DNA of 64,000 nt from Klebsormidium nitens (Eukaryota; Plantae; Klebsormidiophyceae), in NCBI GenBank assembly GCA_000708835.1, contig DF237315.1:8213-72212 (forward strand), in the 5' to 3' direction. Below are positions 13,278-25,081 of the stretch, piece after piece. A model generated the notes under the pieces. The model had not been told where the DNA came from and searched no databases. It was given only the letters and a program-made list of their open reading frames with translations. Position 1 is the stretch's first letter; each line of letters starts with the position of its first letter. The position numbers and the translations under genes are program-made.

Positions 13278-14469
13278 TTGATTCGTCTGTGCAATTTGAT
13301 GCACCGGCTGCCTCTATAGACGGCGCATCATAGGAACATTGCTTTTTGAGGGTGTCAGCTACTCTGTTAATTCCAACATGTCGCGGGCTATGTTCATGCA
13401 GTCCAGGTCGAATTGGATAACCTACGTGAGCTTCCCATCTGGCCAGGCGCTGTGTCCATATTGTTGTTCGTCTGCTCTTTACGTGGGCGCTTGATGTGGC
13501 GCTGCACATGGAAGCAAGCTTTACTTGTGATCATTGGTTTTCAGTAGACGGTGGGTTCATCCAGTACGGTTCTATTGTCATGCAATTGAGCAATTCGTTT
13601 ATGATCGGGTTCCTGACTCTTGACACGTAATTGACGGATGCAACTTTTGAGTATTTGAAGATGTGGTAACCGTAAGGTAGGTACGAGCTATGAGTACGAG
13701 CTATGAGTACGCATCCTGATTGCTGCCGGAAAAGGGAAAGTCCGAAGCCCAAGTTATCGATTTCTCAGCGGATAGTACGTAGGGCGCGGCATATAACGCC
13801 GAGCGAGCTGCTGCGATGGTCGAACCCGCCCGCCAATATCGCCGCACCGCTCGGGCCGTTACATGGTGACGTCATGCGGAAAGTCAAACCTGCCGTCCGT
13901 CCCTAAACTCCTATTGCGCCTTCTGAAATGAGGTGCACAGACTACAGTGTCAACCGTCGGATGCCTTGGTCAAAGTCAATCGGACGGTCAAAGGTCTGGA
14001 CCCATGATCTGAGATTTCAATGGCAAGTTTGACCCAAATAGCAATCAAAGCACTCATTACTCAATTGAATGCGTGAACATTGCGCCAATCAAAAGTAAGT
14101 TTATAACTGAGCATCCAATCAAACTCAAAGCCGCTCATGAGATTCTTCCGTGCAGCTTCTGTTCCAACTTCGAAGTCTGCAATGTGCATCTTGAGCAAGC
14201 TCGGATTCCAGTCTCGCTCATGCAGGCTGTCCCGACTCCCCTCGCATCCGATTTCTAGCTACGGTGCCTATCCTTTTGTCGGAGGGCTCTCCTCCTCCCC
14301 GTTCCTCACCTTCGAAGACCCACTTCTTGAACACTTGCGGCAGCTGACAGGGCCACAGGGCGGATTTTCTGCTACCCCTATTCTTGATTGATTCGAACCA
14401 CCCAAGTTTTATCAACACTTGTCCCGCTGCAGAACCCCGCTTTTTCCGCCTCCCCCCTCAAATTTCGAG

Positions 14470-17400
14470 ATGGCCAACTCCCACGAAGCCTCCCCAGAGC
14501 CCATTCTCCTGACCCCCGCAACAGAGCCCCTGCCATGGCTCGGGTGGGATCCCTTTAACACCGAGCACCTGGACAAGAAAGTGGGGATCAACCTGCCCCA
14601 CATTGCGGTGGTCCTGGTGCATTGGTTCATTTCAATTGCGATGAGGGGGCCGGCGCAGATTGGGGCCAAGATCGCCCATGTGGTGCAGTATGTCGTGGAC
14701 CCGATCCTTGCCTTCTTCACAGGTAAGGGGGCTTCTGAGTTCTATTTTTCTTTGTTGCATCGTTCGTAGCTACAGGGGCCAACTGCAAGTTTGAGATCGA
14801 AGTTTAGGTGACTCTACTCATGTTCCCAGTCAGCTGCTTCTTGCCCCTTTTTCAATCCCCAACTTCTTGGTTGCCCGATCTATTTTAAAAAGCTCTTCTT
14901 GCTCTTTGGAAGGGAACCGTGAAGATCTTGGTTGCTGTTGGGGAGGTTATAGATTTATTGACTCTGGGCAAAGCTAGGGAGGGGCTTGCACAAGATCTCA
15001 ATCAACGCAGAGGTTCTGCAACGATTGGTTCCAATCGTGCTTCACATTGCAATCACTAAGTTTGGGCATAGAAGGACAAGGAATTGAATCGGCGTGATTG
15101 TCCAATGGCACTGGTCAAACAAAAAGATAGGATGAATGCCTCTGTGCTTCTGGTGTTTGAGCAGGATAGCTTTACTGATCCACCAAATATATCCCTGGCT
15201 TTTTCTGTTATGTAATTTGACTTACAATCATGCAAGGCAGTTTCTTGCCAGAGGCAGGAGCAATATACAGCCTTGGCCTTTTCCAGAAGGAAAAGTCCTA
15301 GATCTTCGATTTGTGGCAGAAAACAGGCTTTGTTTCTCAAAGAAAGAACCACCTTAATGGGACTCATTTTGCCAAGTCTGCCATGCGTGTATTCAGAGTT
15401 TGTCTCTTGCTCTTGAAAGCTTTAAAAGTGGACCGTTTCAAAGGAGCCGAAATTATTCAGTAGTAGATCCTGCGGGTGCGGTGGACCTGCTTTTGAAGAA
15501 ATTGACCTGGATGATAAAACTCTCCTTTCTGGATCAATATGCAATCATTGATGCACGGATCTTAGGTCACACTTCATGAGCTTCTTGAGGGCTTGCAAGC
15601 ACCAGCTGGTAGTCACCTAAATTGCTTGATAGACACTTCTTTTGTCATCACAAGCAGCCTATGAGCCTATGACTTTTCATACGATTGGTTGTTTCTCCTG
15701 GAACCAGCTTGTAGCCAGTGCTTCAGCAGCCATTACAATTGTCAGAGTATTATCAAACCTTTCTGCTGGGACACCTTTGAAGGTATGTCTTTTAAGGCTG
15801 GAGTTAACATCACGACTGGTATCCTCTTATGCATCTTGCAACACTTTCCCAGGTCGCATTTGAACTACTCCTTCTCTTTGAAGGAACAGTGCAAACCACG
15901 GTAGCCCGATAAATTGTCTTCATTTCTTGGACCATGTTGTTGCACTAGAGCAACGCAGAATCAGTGCAGGTCGAGCCGCTTCTAAGTTTCACAAATCACG
16001 TCCCACGTTTGTGCAAGAAGCCTCCACAAAACCCCATTGGTTTGCTTCAGTCTGCATGACATACCAGCATGCTGCTTGCAAAGGACAGTTTCACTACAGA
16101 GAAGAAATTACCGGATTGTTAATGTCTACCTTCATAGGAAGCAATCTTCTGCCCATCGAAGAAGACAATCTCTCTCTTGGCAGGAAGCTATTACCCCTTC
16201 GCGGGCCCCTGGAGCGAGCGGCGCGCAATTTGCCTGATCAACAACGCCGATCCCAATTACGGTGTGCCTGAACTGGACGGCAAACCGCTATACAGCCCGG
16301 CTGATTTTCCATTTGAGCCCACGGACGCCGACAAAAACGGCTTCCACGAGTGGGTGGTGCATTTCCTGGCGCTGACTATCAAGGTTAGTGACTGGGGTGA
16401 GGGGTTGACCCTAGTGGATTATAAAGGACAAACCATAGGCATGGTAGACGAGCAAGTGCTGCAGTGTCTGGGCTTGGACTTGGTGCACCGGTGGGTCTTG
16501 CTGCCCTAGAGAAAGCCTGGTCACAGTTAGCAGGTATATTCTAGCCTATTTCTGGGTATGCTATTTGAAAGCTGGTCGCTTCGTTTAAGAATCTGCAACC
16601 AGTGTGGCTATTGGCATGAGAAACAGACCGAAGCGGGCCCTGCTCATAAGCTTGTAGGGAGGAGCTCCTCAAGCGCAACCTTTTTGTACGAAAGACTGGG
16701 CTAGTGTTTTTGCCTGACATCTGAGTCCGTGTCAGTATTAAGGTGGCCCTGCTCTCGGTGTACGAAGGACACTGCAGAACAAGAGGTTTGCAAGCGGAGA
16801 CGCTCCCTGATTTTGCATTAAGCTTTCAGATCGACCTTGTAGAGAAGACCCACTGAAGGGATTATCTGTCACCAGAAGGAACCTCAGAAAGCATGAAGTG
16901 AACGTAAGCTGTAGGGCAAGTGTTTTAGACCATTCTAAGTGACTCGGATCGCCATTGCGAACCAATATTTCCATCATTTCTTGAGCATCTACTCGACCGA
17001 CTTCAAACCCTCTGCTGAACCCTCACCCAAGGTTGATCAAGTCCATATGTACGAAGCAGGATTTTAGGCATGATCATACTAATCCCACCATCTCTTTCAG
17101 GATCGTCCGTTTTTAGTTCTAACTTTTTGACACGCTTAACCACCCGCCTAACCCACCTTAAATCCTGCAGGCCGCTTACGAGCAACCCGAAGTCATCCAG
17201 GAAATCGTGAGGCGCGAGTGGCCCAGCTTTGAATACCTGGAGCACTTCACGACAGCGCCCGACGTGCCGAAACCCGAGACGGACGAGCGCAAAGTCGAGC
17301 GCGCAAAGCGGCTGCACCGCGAGAAGTCGATGCGCGCGCGGGGGCATGTGGAGGCACCCACCGCCAGGCAGAACATCGTTAACAAGGTGGGTTTGAAAGC

Positions 17401-20400
17401 TGAAAACTTAATCGAATGCAGAATGTAGAGATCCCGCTTTTTCCGATGATATCTTGTATAATGTGCAAGCTTTTGTCAGCCCTGGTCGCTATCAGGTTAA
17501 ACTAGTCTTGTGTACGATGTTACTCTTATGCAACTCGCGTCTTCCTCTTTGCAGGTATCGGCGGACCTTATCCCCGAGACCCACGCGTTCCTGATCAAGA
17601 ACGGCCACTCCCTGGTGCTCTTCTTCCGAGGAACAGAGCCGTCCAAGCTCGCCGAATGGTGGTCCGACTGCGACGTGAGTCCTCAACCCGTGCCTCAAAG
17701 AAACAGCTTTTGTTACCTGATTCCACTTCCTAGACGCCCTGTTTATTGGACAGGACGTTCGCCCTGAAGCGTCTTGGCCATCCGAACCTCGTCCCGTGTG
17801 TTCCTCAGCTGCCGTATGAAAGTACGCCCGTCTTTGAGGTTGACCGTTACGTTGACACGTCCGCAGGCAATCCATGTGAAATTGAAGGGAGCATCACACG
17901 GGCGCTTGGTCCTTTCTCTCCGAGCTGACTTACTCCCTCGTAAGCCTATCTGAAGCCGACGTCTCCTAAGTAAACGACTTCAACCTGGGTTCCTCCTTGT
18001 CCAACTTCCTCCCAAACATCCCCTAACCTCTCCTAACCTTGCGTGAGACCCCTGCGCAGCTGGACCCGTCCAAGTCGGGCGACCTGACCACACCTCTGTG
18101 AGTCTCATTCTTCAACCCTTAACCTCCTACAGTATCTCCTAACCTCTCCTAAACCTCGCCTTTTACCCCCCCACGCAGCTGGACCCGTCCGAGCCGAGAC
18201 CTGACTACACATCCGTGAACATTACTTCCAACCCTTAGTCTTCCATTAACCTCTCCTAACCTCGCCTCAAACCCCCGCGCAGCTGGACCCGTCCAAGTCG
18301 GGCGACCTTATTACACCTCTGCGAGATCTGCTCTCGAACCCTTAAACTCTACTCAACGCCCTAACCTCCCCTAACTTCTCCTAACCTCCCCTAAACCGCT
18401 GCAGCTGGACCCGTCCAAGCCGGGCGACCTGATCAACATCGAGGGCCGCGTGCACCAGGGCTTCTACGACGCGCTCTTCTACCAGCCGCACGATATCCCC
18501 GACGATGAAGGGAACCCAATTCCGCAGCGCAGCATCTTCAACAAGATCTGCGCGCGCCTGCACCAGGAGCTGCAAGCGCCCGGCGGGCGGAACCTCAAGG
18601 TCTACGTCACGGGGCACTCCCTCGGTGGGCGTTTGTGCCGCCTCTCTAGTTGTTTATGGAAGGGTGCCTTTTGAAAGCATTTCTCCAACAAGCTCAGGGG
18701 CTTTTAAGGTTCCACGCTTCACGGGGCATTCCTTTGGTGGGCGGCTGTGACCACCCGCTAGTTGCTTTCCTTGGCCGCATTTTTTGAAGGCGGCCTGCAA
18801 ACCGAAGTGCGTTTAAGCGCTCAAGAGGGCCTTGAAATTGTGGGGCGATCCCTCGGTGGGCCGTTCTGATGCTTACCTTAGCCCTGGTCTGACGGCCAGC
18901 CGTCAGGAACTAATTCATATCCGGACACACCGCCCGGCAGCCGCTCTTTTCCGTGCTTTCGAACGCCTGGAACGCCAGAATCGAGAAAGACTTTGCAAAT
19001 TCTCGCTCTCGTCAAAGACGTTGATCGTCACACAGTGCAAATCTCGTCGCTGGAGGCGGCCTGACGTCCGTGTTCGCGCACACGCTCGCGCACCCCGGAA
19101 GCACCCACCTCTGACGAGACCAAGGGCCTAAAACTCTTAACTCGAAGGCTCTGAAACCCTCACGGTTATCAATAACCCCAAAACTCTTCCAGGTGGCGGC
19201 CCGACGTCCGTGTTTGCGCACACGCTCGCGCACCCGGGGAGCGCCCACCTCTGACGAGACCAAGGGCCTAAAACCCTTAAGTCGAAGGCTCTGAACCCTC
19301 ACGGTTATCAATAACCCTAAAACTCTTCCAGGTGGCGGCCTGACGTCCGTGTTCGCGCACACGCTCGTGCACCATGGCAGGGCGCCCTCCGACAAGCCTA
19401 AGGGCCTAAAAAAATCACTCGAAAGCTCTGAAACCCTCAGATTATCGATAACCCAAAAAAACCCTTAATTTCGAAGCTCTGAAACCCTCAGGTTATCAAT
19501 AACCCTAAAAGCGTTCCTGGTGGCGGCCTGACGTCCGTGTTCGCGCACACGCTCGCGCACCCCGGCAGCGCCGCCCCCCTCATAAGGTTTCTTAAAGACC
19601 GGAGATGCGGAAGCCAAACAATACAGCCAAATTGAAATACTAATAAGACCTTAAACCATCCATGTCTTATCCAGGTGGCGGCCTGACATCCGTGTTTGCG
19701 CACACGCTCGCGCACCCGGGCAGCGCCCCCTCCGACAAGCCCAAGGGGCTCCCCCTCACCGTGGGCTTCGACTCCGCGAAGCTGATCTACCCCCACTTGG
19801 CGGGCGTGGTTTCCTGGGCGGGCCCGCTTGCCGGCAACTACGACTTTGCCGAGTTCGTCATCAAGCACTATAAGGGGAAGGTCTTCCGGATGGTGCACTC
19901 TTCGGACATCGTTACCAAGGTCGGTCCGCATGCAGGATAATCTGGACATTTGTCCATGACTGCGTTCGTATGTTTAAGAGTCGTCCTGTTGCGTCCGGTT
20001 GCTCATTTGATCGTCCTGCTTGCGGCCGGATAATCTGCATAGTCATTTTGTTGGCGTTCAACTTGTTCAGAATCACGTTCAGCTGCGTTTGCATCGTTGA
20101 AGAAAGTAATCTGCTAGCGTGAGATCCTGCAAATCTGGCCCAAAGCGCGTCCAGTTGACTGAAAAGTAGGTCTGGTTTGCGTCCGAGAATCATTGGAGGA
20201 GCGTCCGGATTGCGCTCGACATATGCGCAGAAGCTGTCGTGTCCGTCTTCGATGCATCCGTCAGCATCCTTTGAACTTTCCAAACCAATGAAGAAGGGGC
20301 CGAGTGCCGTCAAAATGTTAGGCAGATGTGGACAGTCGGCTTCCGTCCGAGTTTCAAGCGGGCGCGTCCGAACTGCGTCCAGATTGTCCACAAAGACCGG

Positions 20401-23075
20401 GTTCCCTTGTCTCCGTTTCAGGCCCTAATGCCCTGAACGTGGCACAGGATCCGAAATCCCAAATTTTAACCTCTTCTCTGACTCCATCTAGCTGATCTAT
20501 TGAAGATCTGCTGAAGATTCTCAAACTCCACTCTGCTGAGGATTTTGATTTTTCCGCAGATCCCCGCCGGCCTTGGGTACTACCACCACCCGCAGGAGTA
20601 CTTCCTCGCATACAACGGCGACATCTACAGCGACGCGGAGGTGAGCCCCTCGCTGACGCCACAGCAGCGGTTGATGACGTCAGGGCGGTGGCTCGCCCTT
20701 TACTTCCAAAGCTGCGGTAACGCGGATTAGACCGTTCGTAGGGAGGGTCGGGCACCAAATCTGGCGGACTCTTTGCTCCTCCAAGCTGCAGATACGCCTC
20801 CATTCCGTTTCCTTTTTCTGTAGAGCCGTAGAAATTGAACCTTGATCCAAAGTCCCATGGGTCGAGGAATCGGTGTGAGAGCTTTTGAATCCGTGTGAGA
20901 GACATGGCAATGTATATTGTAGTTTCCTCGATTTCATGAGCGACTGCTTTGCTGACTCACGAATGTACCCGGGTTTGGGATAAGGTTAGCCTGCGCTGGA
21001 CCGCGTGATAATGAACTCGGGTTTTTGGCTTCGGTTTTCTCCCGAGCATTTCAGAAAAAATTTTAGGAGCGGTCAACAAACGATGACGGTTCGTTTTAGA
21101 AAGTAACGTTTAGTCTGCTGCAAGCGATAAATGTTTCAATCTTGAGGTTCGGCATCGGGGGTGTCGAAACAAATACAGGTACGGTACCACGAAACCGAGA
21201 ATTATTACTGGCTTGCGTTCTGCAGGAGATCGAGGCATGGCGCATTTTGGAAGGCGACTTCTTCGACCTCTTCTACGTGCAGAAGGCGCTCTACGGCTGG
21301 ACCCGCTTCGCCCCTAACGGTCGGTTTGTGTTAACCCGGACGGCTGCTACTAGTCAAGACCATAACCGGATTCTTGTCTACTTGCTACTGACCTGTCAGG
21401 ACGTGAAGCACAAGGGGGTGCCACGCTAGGCAATGCTTTTGCGAATTGGCAGTATGCCCGGTCGAGGCGAATGCTGATGTCTTCTGGAACTGCGGAACAC
21501 TGTTTGGCTGGTCAGAGTTCTCGCAATTCCCGCTCAACTCGCGCATGATGCCGCTTAAGCAGTCCGGGAATCTATAGTCTCTGAGTCCCTCAGCGTTTCT
21601 ATTTTTCAAACTCACTTCCCCTGAAAATTGGTTTTGCTGCGGCCCATTGCCTTCTCGAACCCTCCAACGCACGACTCTTCGAGCAGATGCAAGGGCGGTT
21701 GTAAGCCTTCGTCCGGCCGACGAACACTTCCGAACTCGTTCGCGGGCAACAAATCCGCAAACCACGATCCCAACCCTAGATCCTGCACCCTTCACCCGAT
21801 AGGTCTCGATTTCATTTTGACTAAGGGCATGTTGACTGAGAAAAGCACCCGAGGGACGGGTGGGGTTGGTTTGGGGGTTAGGGTGCGTATGGGTGCAGAG
21901 CGTGTGTCTCTTACGGGTTCAGGTTTTAAGGTTTGTACGTGCCCCCGAGCACTAATCCTGCGTTAACATGCGCTTAGTCAACAAGAAATCAAGAAGTACC
22001 TTGATTCCTATCCCCGGAGTATCGTACTGCTTTCTTGTTTCGGAACCTTTGACGCCAAATAACCAAATATGAAATGTGAAATGTTCGGCAGACTCAGCGT
22101 TACCTGCTAAAACGTAACGTTATATCGACCACTATCGCGCTTCAGATATCGCTTGAAGATTTCAGCAGGCCATATTATTACTTTGCCGAAATTACAAAGC
22201 AGTAACACGGTATCAACCGTAAACGCAGACAAGCCGAAACTCTTCGGTCCTCTCTTTGCAGGCGTGCCCAGCGGCCTCCCGTTCATGCCCGACGCCGTGG
22301 CTTGGTTCTGCCGCAACAGCGCGCGCACCGTGCTGCGCGTCATGTTCTACTTCCTGGGCTTCATCGTCCCGGGTGAGGACCTGGTTCTACTTGTCGCTCT
22401 CGCGGGATCCATCGCTTAAGTTTAGAATCAGGTGTATGAGTCCTGAGGAACCAGCCTTATCGAGCTTCTACGTTACCCCGGGTGAGGACTTGATTAGTCG
22501 CGGGGATTCATTGCCTGAGTTTTAGAATCGAGTATTTATCGAGCTCCTACATCATCCTGGGTGAGGACCCGGTTCTACTCGTCGCTCTCTGGCAGCGCGT
22601 GCCGCCGTCAGGAATCAGTCGCCTCTAGTCACGATCTACAGGCGTTTTGAAGAGGCCCTCACATGCAACGGGCGGAAAGACGTACCAGCGATAACACTCC
22701 CGTGCCGATATAGGATTAGTCGCTTCCGTTCGTTCAGAATCTCTTCTGCTTGGCCTGGATTATGAACCGGAACAACCGTTCTACTGTTCCTGTGGCTTGT
22801 GCCGCTCCTCGCCATTACTTGGACGCTCCTGAAGTGCCATCGGAGGCTTTTTCACGCACTCCGGACGCTCCTCTGCATAATTCGGACGCTGTCCCCTGTC
22901 CGCAGGCCACACGGTGTCCGGCGTGACGGACCACTGGCCGTGCGACTACGAGCAGAAGGTGCGCGTCGCGGCGCTCGCGCTCGGGAGGCTCAAGAAGACG
23001 CCCCCCGCGAGCGCAGCAAGCTGGAAACCACCAACATGGCGCGCGCGCGCCACCTCTAGTTGCGCGCCGCCGCCG
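14470..23075 (+). CDS. Multi-exon class-3 triacylglycerol lipase, similar to plant oil-body lipase OBL1; 3' end unresolved at the assembly gap
   Basis: Exons 14470-14722, 16184-16383, 17171-17386, 17555-17674, 18405-18624, 19675-19919, 20560-20640, 21226-21319, 22262-22372, 22906-~23075. Motifs: AAYEQPEVI, LVLFFRGTEP..W.SDCD, VHQGF, VTGHSLG|GG (Ser), RMVHSSDIV (Asp), GVTDHWPCDY (His). A 30-nt exon LPYESTPVFE near 17810 is probable. Confidence 0.9.
18020..18435 (+). repeat. Intronic tandem repeat (~105-120 bp) copying branch region, acceptor and first ~30 nt of lipase exon 18405
   Basis: gcag|ctggacccgtcc(a/g)ag.. starts at 18060, 18179, 18283 and the true exon at 18405; each is preceded by runs of ctaac. 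Confidence 0.9.
18600..18865 (+). repeat. Intronic repeat copying the end of the GHSLG exon plus its donor
   Basis: True ggggcactccctcg|gtgggc (18624/5); copies ggggcattcctttg|gtgggc (~18736) and ggggcgatccctcg|gtgggc (~18855). Confidence 0.8.
19045..19745 (+). repeat. Intronic tandem repeat (~140-190 bp) copying acceptor and first ~60 nt of lipase exon 19675
   Basis: g(t/a)ggcggcc(t/c)gacgtccgtgttcgcgcacacgctcg at 19052, 19193, 19332, 19520 and the true exon at 19675; the copies at 19193 and 19332 keep CAG. Confidence 0.92.
22350..22590 (+). repeat. Intronic repeat copying exon end plus donor (ccggg|gtgaggac), 3 copies
   Basis: gg|gtgaggac at ~22372 (true), ~22481 and ~22560, with shared ttctact(t/c)gtcgctctc and agttttagaatc. 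Confidence 0.8.
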
Positions 23076-23162
23076 GTGCGTGGTCGCGCGTGCGTCGTGA
23101 GTCGTCGTCACGTCGCGTACGTTCCGGGAGTACGGTCGTTGGACGGTCCGTTGGGGACCTAA

Positions 23163-23314
23163 NNNNNNNNNNNNNNNNNNNNNNNNNNNNNNNNNNNNNN
23201 NNNNNNNNNNNNNNNNNNNNNNNNNNNNNNNNNNNNNNNNNNNNNNNNNNNNNNNNNNNNNNNNNNNNNNNNNNNNNNNNNNNNNNNNNNNNNNNNNNNN
23301 NNNNNNNNNNNNNN
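23163..23314. other. Assembly gap (N run)
   Basis: 152 N; the motif cctctagttgcgcg occurs both left (~23053) and right (23315) of the gap. Confidence 0.98.
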
Positions 23315-25081
23315 CCTCTAGTTGCGCGGCCGGCCGCCCGGTGAGTTGGGTTGAGCTGCTCTGATAGTGTCACTGCATTCCGGAGAGGTCTTGAGGCTTG
23401 GGCAAATTGTCCTTCTCGGGCCCCTTAACCTCGCACCAAACATGCTGTTTTCGACGAAGTGTTCGATAGCTACCGCAAAGGCGGGGAGGAAGGTATATCG
23501 TCGACTTCCGGAAAAAAGGCACCTACTGAATTGCAGACTGGCCGTGCAACATCTTGGGTGCGACTTTAAGGGGCCCGAGCTTATAGCAGATAATCACTTC
23601 AATGTCCGTCGGCAACTTCAATAGTAGCTTAACAAGGCACTGCGACTTCCAGCAATCTCAAGTCATGGTGCTTAGTTTCAAGGAACGTTCCTTCTCGGTT
23701 TGTCAGGTCATCCCTTTCAGTCTGACGCCTCCCTGAGACTGCCGGCGCGCAGCTGCAGCCAGCCAAGGCCGGGATTGTGGTGCCAAGCCGGATATGGAGG
23801 CGCTATCTTATAACCGAGCCCGTATCCTGAAGCGGGCTCTTATATACGCCTATAAAGGCAGCATAGAGACTGTGCTTTGTGTGCACAGAGTACATATTAC
23901 GAGGCGCCCTGGCATTCGGCGTTGACACCGGCAACCTGAGTGCGTTGCGAGTTTCCCGCCGATGTGTGGCTCCCATAGATAAGCTTGCATAGAGAATCCT
24001 GATATCTTTTGTGTTGCAAGTCCTGCTGGTCGGGTCTCGGTCAATAGGCAGTCGGCCAGTGTGTTTTATAAGTGTTTGATAAGGCCCCAGCCCGCTGGCT
24101 GCTTAAGTGTAAGTCCTTGGTTGAGATTGAGTCGTTTGCTATAAGCCCGGATTACACTAAGGTAACAGTTCAACAGGGTTTTTGGGTCGACAGGGTCCCG
24201 ACTTGTCTCTGGCGGGCTCTTACAGAAGACGTTTTTGGCGAGATCGATCGACGACATTTCCAGATGATGAAACACAAGCGACTGACTCGGCCCTCGGCCG
24301 GAAAAGGAATAGAGGTACTGTATACAATAGACCAACTAAAAAGAGACAGTATAATACCTTGTTGCTAGAGGAATCGCTCGTCTTGCTAGAGCAGCTTTGG
24401 CAACGCGTTGGCACAAATAGCCGCGATCTGAACCACATAATACGTACAGAATACAGCGGTGCTCACGTACGTACATGCATGGGGCTCATGGGCTTTACTC
24501 ACAATGGCCAGTATATGTACTTATAAATAGCTATAATCGTGGCGCAGCTAGTTAGCTCGTTGAAGTGTGGGTCAATTCCACTACTGATATGTGCCAGTCA
24601 TCACAAATCCAGATGATCTAAGAATCACGCATGTTCGCTCTGAGTACGTCCGCGTCCTTAGAGCACCGAACTGGTGAAGGGGCCGGCCCTACTTATATCT
24701 CTGAATCTTATTCCTTCACGGTCCGACGATGGTGCCAGTGAGTTGGATTGACTGTAATCATTTGCAGCTAGCTATAGCTGTGAATTGAGTGCCATGCATG
24801 TACGTATATCGTATACATTTGCCTAATTGCCAATCACGGATTTTAGCGCAATACAATGCTTACCAAAAGGGCGTCGCCAACTATATTAGGCAAGCAAAAC
24901 TAAACGTTGCAACAATTCGATCAGATGTATCTACCGTCATTCAGCAACCGTGGCATGGGTCTCCTTGACCAGCCACAGACGAATTACATAGAGCATATCT
25001 TGGCTAGCAACCTAGCTTAGAGAACGACTTGCGTGCAGAATGTGAGTGACAATATATCTTGGACCCTGAAGAGCGCTTCTG

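Noticed and set aside
13950-13992. Imperfect inverted repeat accgtcggat...atcggacggt upstream of the lipase
   Set aside because: Short, resembles common plant promoter-type motifs, and there is no evidence of function from sequence alone.
18020-19745. Repeat-spacer periodicity resembling a CRISPR array
   Set aside because: Eukaryotic introns; the spacers are homologous to one another, the repeats are copies of exon edges, and there are no cas genes.
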